NCBI GenBank assembly: GCA_043228905.1
Contig: JBHGNT010000008.1
Location: forward strand, 11,036,001 to 11,100,000
Length of the DNA stretch: 64,000 nucleotides
Source: Azolla caroliniana
Taxonomy: Eukaryota > Plantae > Polypodiophyta
Direction: 5' to 3'
Under the pieces are notes generated by a model, which saw only the letters and a list, made by a program, of their open reading frames with translations, made no database searches and had not been told where the DNA came from. The translations under genes and the position numbers were made by a program. Positions 60,211 to 64,000 of this stretch are shown in pieces; positions within the stretch are counted from its first letter, which is position 1; each line of letters starts with the position of its first letter.

Positions 60211-60990
60211 GTTGAAATGTGGATTCTTCTTTAGTAGTATTGGAAGGTTTTACTGATACTATGAAGAAAAACATTGCTTCCTTGCGTCCTTCCTCACGCA
60301 ATTGATGTAGCGAAATGGTTGCAATCTTATGAGTAGATCCTCGGGTTTGTCAATACCGGATTTCTCTTGTTCTCCGATCTATGTTTGGGTTATGTAATTC
60401 GAACCACGGTAACCCCAAGACAATTGGATGATCTGCATTACTAATTATATTAAATGATACCACACACACCAAGTTATCTAGGACAACCTGAATCGGCTTT
60501 GACTCTTCTACGATTTTCCGGAAGCAATAGGACGACCATCAATAACTACTACAGATCCTAGGCAAGAAAGTTTTCTTACGGATATCTGATGAGCTTGGGC
60601 AAAATTCCTATCCATGAAGCAAGAGTTGGCTCCGGAATCTAAGAGTGCTAAGACATGTTCTTGAGGAGCACTTTTAGTACTAACCATTACTTGACCTAAG
60701 AAATCTACAACGTATGCGGCGGCTGGACGATCACCTAGACGTAATCGTCGGATTTTGTTGATTGTTTTCCTTATGCTATCAGTATCTCCAAAACAAGCTT
60801 TAAACTCACTTATAAAATTTTCAAAATTGTTTAGTAATGGAGATTCCTTTTCTAATAATGGAGCGAACCATGCCAAAGCTGAGTCACATAACAACGTGCC
60901 TACTAGACCTACTTGTGATGTATCGGTGGGATATCGGGAAGGATGCATTTGAATGACTAATCGTACCTGATTAAGGAATCCTCTAAATCA
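60211..60990 (-). pseudogene. gag/protease fragment of chromovirus-like element I
   Basis: ORF 60508-60948: ALAWF...FKACFGD (capsid) joined by deletion to LLDSGANSCFMD (protease). Confidence 0.8.
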
Positions 60991-63900
60991 TGATCGCGTT
61001 GTCGCGTTACTACGCGCGTGCGTGGAGAAACGAGGCGGGACCACCGGGGTCTTGAACCGAAGAGCAGGTGATAGGAGGGGAAAGAGAAAGAGAGCGACGA
61101 CCAGTTACGTATGAGCAAAAAAACACAGGGACATGGCCCGTCAACACAGAAGACATGAATGGACACAGAGACAGAGAGACACGAATGTTTGTATATTAAC
61201 AAGTGACACAAAAATAACAGAGCCCGCGAGCGGTTACAACCGAACAGGCCGGCGAACAGATGCCGATGCCTGCTCGTCTGCACACGAAAGGGGATAGGAA
61301 TGAGGTGCTGCCGGAAGCACATGGGCGTTCCTTGAAGCAGCGCGAGTCTCCCGAAAACCTACAGAGAAGAGCAATAGAGAACAAACAGAGGAGAAGCGTT
61401 TGGTTACAGTCCGACAGCACTTCGTCCTCCTCAATGCGCGATCCCTTCTCCCTGCGTCCCCCTCTCCTTTATAGCTTCTAGAAGGGAGCCGTCTCCCTCA
61501 TTTACTTCCTACCTACCGAATCTAACTACCCAGGATATACCTATGTACCTAATTCCCTATTATATACATTAAAGGGCGTGCACGCGTGAAGAGCCGGTTC
61601 ACACGCGCTATGCACTGATTGCGCTAAGGGACGGTTTTCTTCACGACATCCGCCCCCACCTATCCGCGCATCCACCAGTGTGCACCAAAATTGCGCTCTG
61701 GTTGGAGAAAACCGGTTCGAGTTCCGGTTCTTCGTCCATCGGTTCGTCCTCTGTTTCGGACTGTTCGTCGTCGCTGTCCAGGCCTCTTAGAACCGGTTCG
61801 CCGTCGTGGCGCTTCTTGAACGCTTTGATCCGCTTCCCTGCTACCGGTATCGCCATCCTCGTACCGTTGAGTTCTGCCAGGTGATACGTCTCGTTGTCGT
61901 TGGCGCTTGTTACCACGTAAGGCCCGAACCACCGCTTTGCAAACTTCTGTGTTGCTCGGTGCTGGTTGTCGAGGTTGTTGTCTTAGACTAGCACCCAATC
62001 GCCTTCCTTGATTTTCTTTGGTCGGAGCCGGTGCGTTTGGTCGAACCGGGCTTTGTTCCTCATCCTCGCCGTCCGAAGTCTCTCCGCCGCTTGTTCCACG
62101 TCCCCTGGCCTCCGCTCGAGCTGCCGTATACACGCCGCTAGCAGTTCTTCCCGGCTCATCTCGTCTCTCCAGTCCACTGTCACCCAAGAGGAGATCGTCT
62201 GTTCCATCAGCATGATCGGCTTCTGTCCGAACATGAGCTCTGACGGCATGAACCCAGTTACCGAACTGTGCGTTGTCCGGTCCGCCCATAAGGCATAAGG
62301 TAACAGTCATGGCTAGTTCCCGACCTGGCCTCCGCATGCCCGGACTAGCGCTTTGACGATCGGTCCGTGTCCGCGCTCCACCTTCCCGTTCGCCTCCGGA
62401 TTGTACGCTGTGGTGAGCAAGAGCTTGACCCCTAACCGGTCGAACAGCTCCTCGGCCTCTTCGGCGTCCAACTCCCCGCGGTCAGCCACGATCTTCCCGA
62501 CGCACCCGTACCGACATATCACGTCCTCGATCAGGAACCGACACACGGCCGCGGTCGTTTTGTTCTGCAGGGCTCGGCCTTCCACCTGGTTCGTCAGGTC
62601 CTCCCGGGCCAACACCAAATATCGCATTTGCCCTACGCCCATCGGCATCGTTACCAAATCTACCATCCATTTGAAGTGGATGGCCGGAGGGTATGTAGGG
62701 TGAAGCTCGTCCCGATGTCGGACTATGGAGTGTATCTGACAGCTCTCACAAGTCGTCACGAACCAATGCACGTCCCGGTACAATCCCGGCCACCAGTACT
62801 TCCCCTTTAGTTTCTCGAACGTGGCCCACGTTCCACGGTGTCCAACCCAGGGGCTGTCGTGGTAGGCCTTCAGCAACTCCTCCTGTTCCTCCTTCATCGC
62901 CACTACTCGGAGCGGGATGCTGTTTCTCTTCTTCGGGTGCTTCCACAAGTATCCGTCCCGGAGAAAGAATCGGTATGCTTTCTTCCGGATCTGGTTGGCC
63001 TCGTCCTTTGTCCATGACGTGTCCGGCGTCATCGTCCTTAAGAATCCTCCAATCTGCAGCCACTCCCCATCATACCTGCTCTCGTTAAAATCGTTAAGCA
63101 CCGGAGTGCTCCCCCCCTCGGTTGTTACGTAAGCCGCCTCAAAGAAGTCCACGCCGACTTCCTCGTCCTCCGAAACCATGCCGCCCTCGTCGTCGAATCG
63201 CGCCCTCGAAAGCATGTCGGCCATGGCATTGTCTTTCCCGGAAATGTGTCGTATTTCCGGATCCAGGGACTTGATGTACGCTATCCACCTGAGCATTGCC
63301 AGGTCTGGGGTTGCGCATCCGGAAACCATGCCGAGAATCGGCAGGCATTCCGTCTCGATAATCACCTCTATCCCGATCAGATAGTCTTTATCGGCCTTTA
63401 CCGCTGAAACGATACCCCAGAGTTCGCGTTTAACCTGGGCGTATCCTCGTTGTCGCTCGCTGAGGACCTTCGCGTCGAACCGGATTGGGAACTGAATACC
63501 GTTCTCATCTTCTTGGTTGACGACCCATCCGATCCCGGTCGGACTTGTATCTACCGTTATGTAGATGGGAGTGCCTTTCTCGTAGACAACCTTCCGGAGC
63601 GCCCGAGCTGCAGCAAGAGCCTCCTTCATCTTTCAGACCGAATCCGTATGCTCGACTCGCCACTCGAATTTTCGCCCCTTTTTCAGCAACCCGTATAGCG
63701 GCTCGGCAACGTGGGCGTAATGCGGGATCCATATGTGGTAGAACGCGCATGCTCCCAAGAACCTCCGTACCTCCGTGACCGAGTTACAGTCGGGCTTCAT
63801 TGCGGAGATGGCTTCCACCTTAGCCGGAGACGGTTTCCGGCCATACGGTCCGAATAGATGTCCGACGACCATGATCTCTGATTGCCCGAAGGCCGATTTC

Positions 63901-64000
63901 TCCCCGAAGAATGTGAGCCTTGCGTCCTCTAGCCTTTGCAGCACCCTCTCGTAGTCGTCAATGTGTGTCGCCACGAATTTCCGGCATCCGTCCGGTCCGA
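60990..64000 (-). mobile_element. Ty3/gypsy family B copy 3 (RT end, RH, INT, PPT, partial 3' LTR to 61648); continues beyond the window
   Basis: ORFs 63633-63974, 62313-63629, 61983-62249 and 61641-61916. LTR starts TGTCGTG at 61648 and is similar to 610-1265. Confidence 0.9.

Overview
The window is a gene-free stack of nested transposons. The element types point to a plant genome, most likely a non-flowering land plant (fern, lycophyte or bryophyte); this is an inference. It contains three related non-chromoviral Ty3/gypsy elements with Athila-like pol and a large sense-strand ORF2: C (intact and young, 5413-14973), D and H (both decayed). Also present are three truncated copies of a divergent gypsy family (B) resembling fungal elements, two full-length copies of one Ty1/copia family (E, F), a chimeric second copia family (G), a 5'-truncated RTEX-like LINE with an open ORF2, a probable 1.3-kb solo LTR with a 4-bp TSD, chromovirus-like gypsy remnants, a triplicated MULE fragment and a hAT-like end. 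No host gene was recognised. The standout observation is that elements C and H have no polypurine tract next to the 3' LTR. In its place is a conserved sense copy of a tRNA-Arg 3' end (...GTCCCACGGGCGTGCCA-tg-LTR), i.e. a second, inverted primer-binding site. This suggests both cDNA strands could be tRNA-primed. All tRNA and lineage matches are from recalled sequences and need database confirmation.
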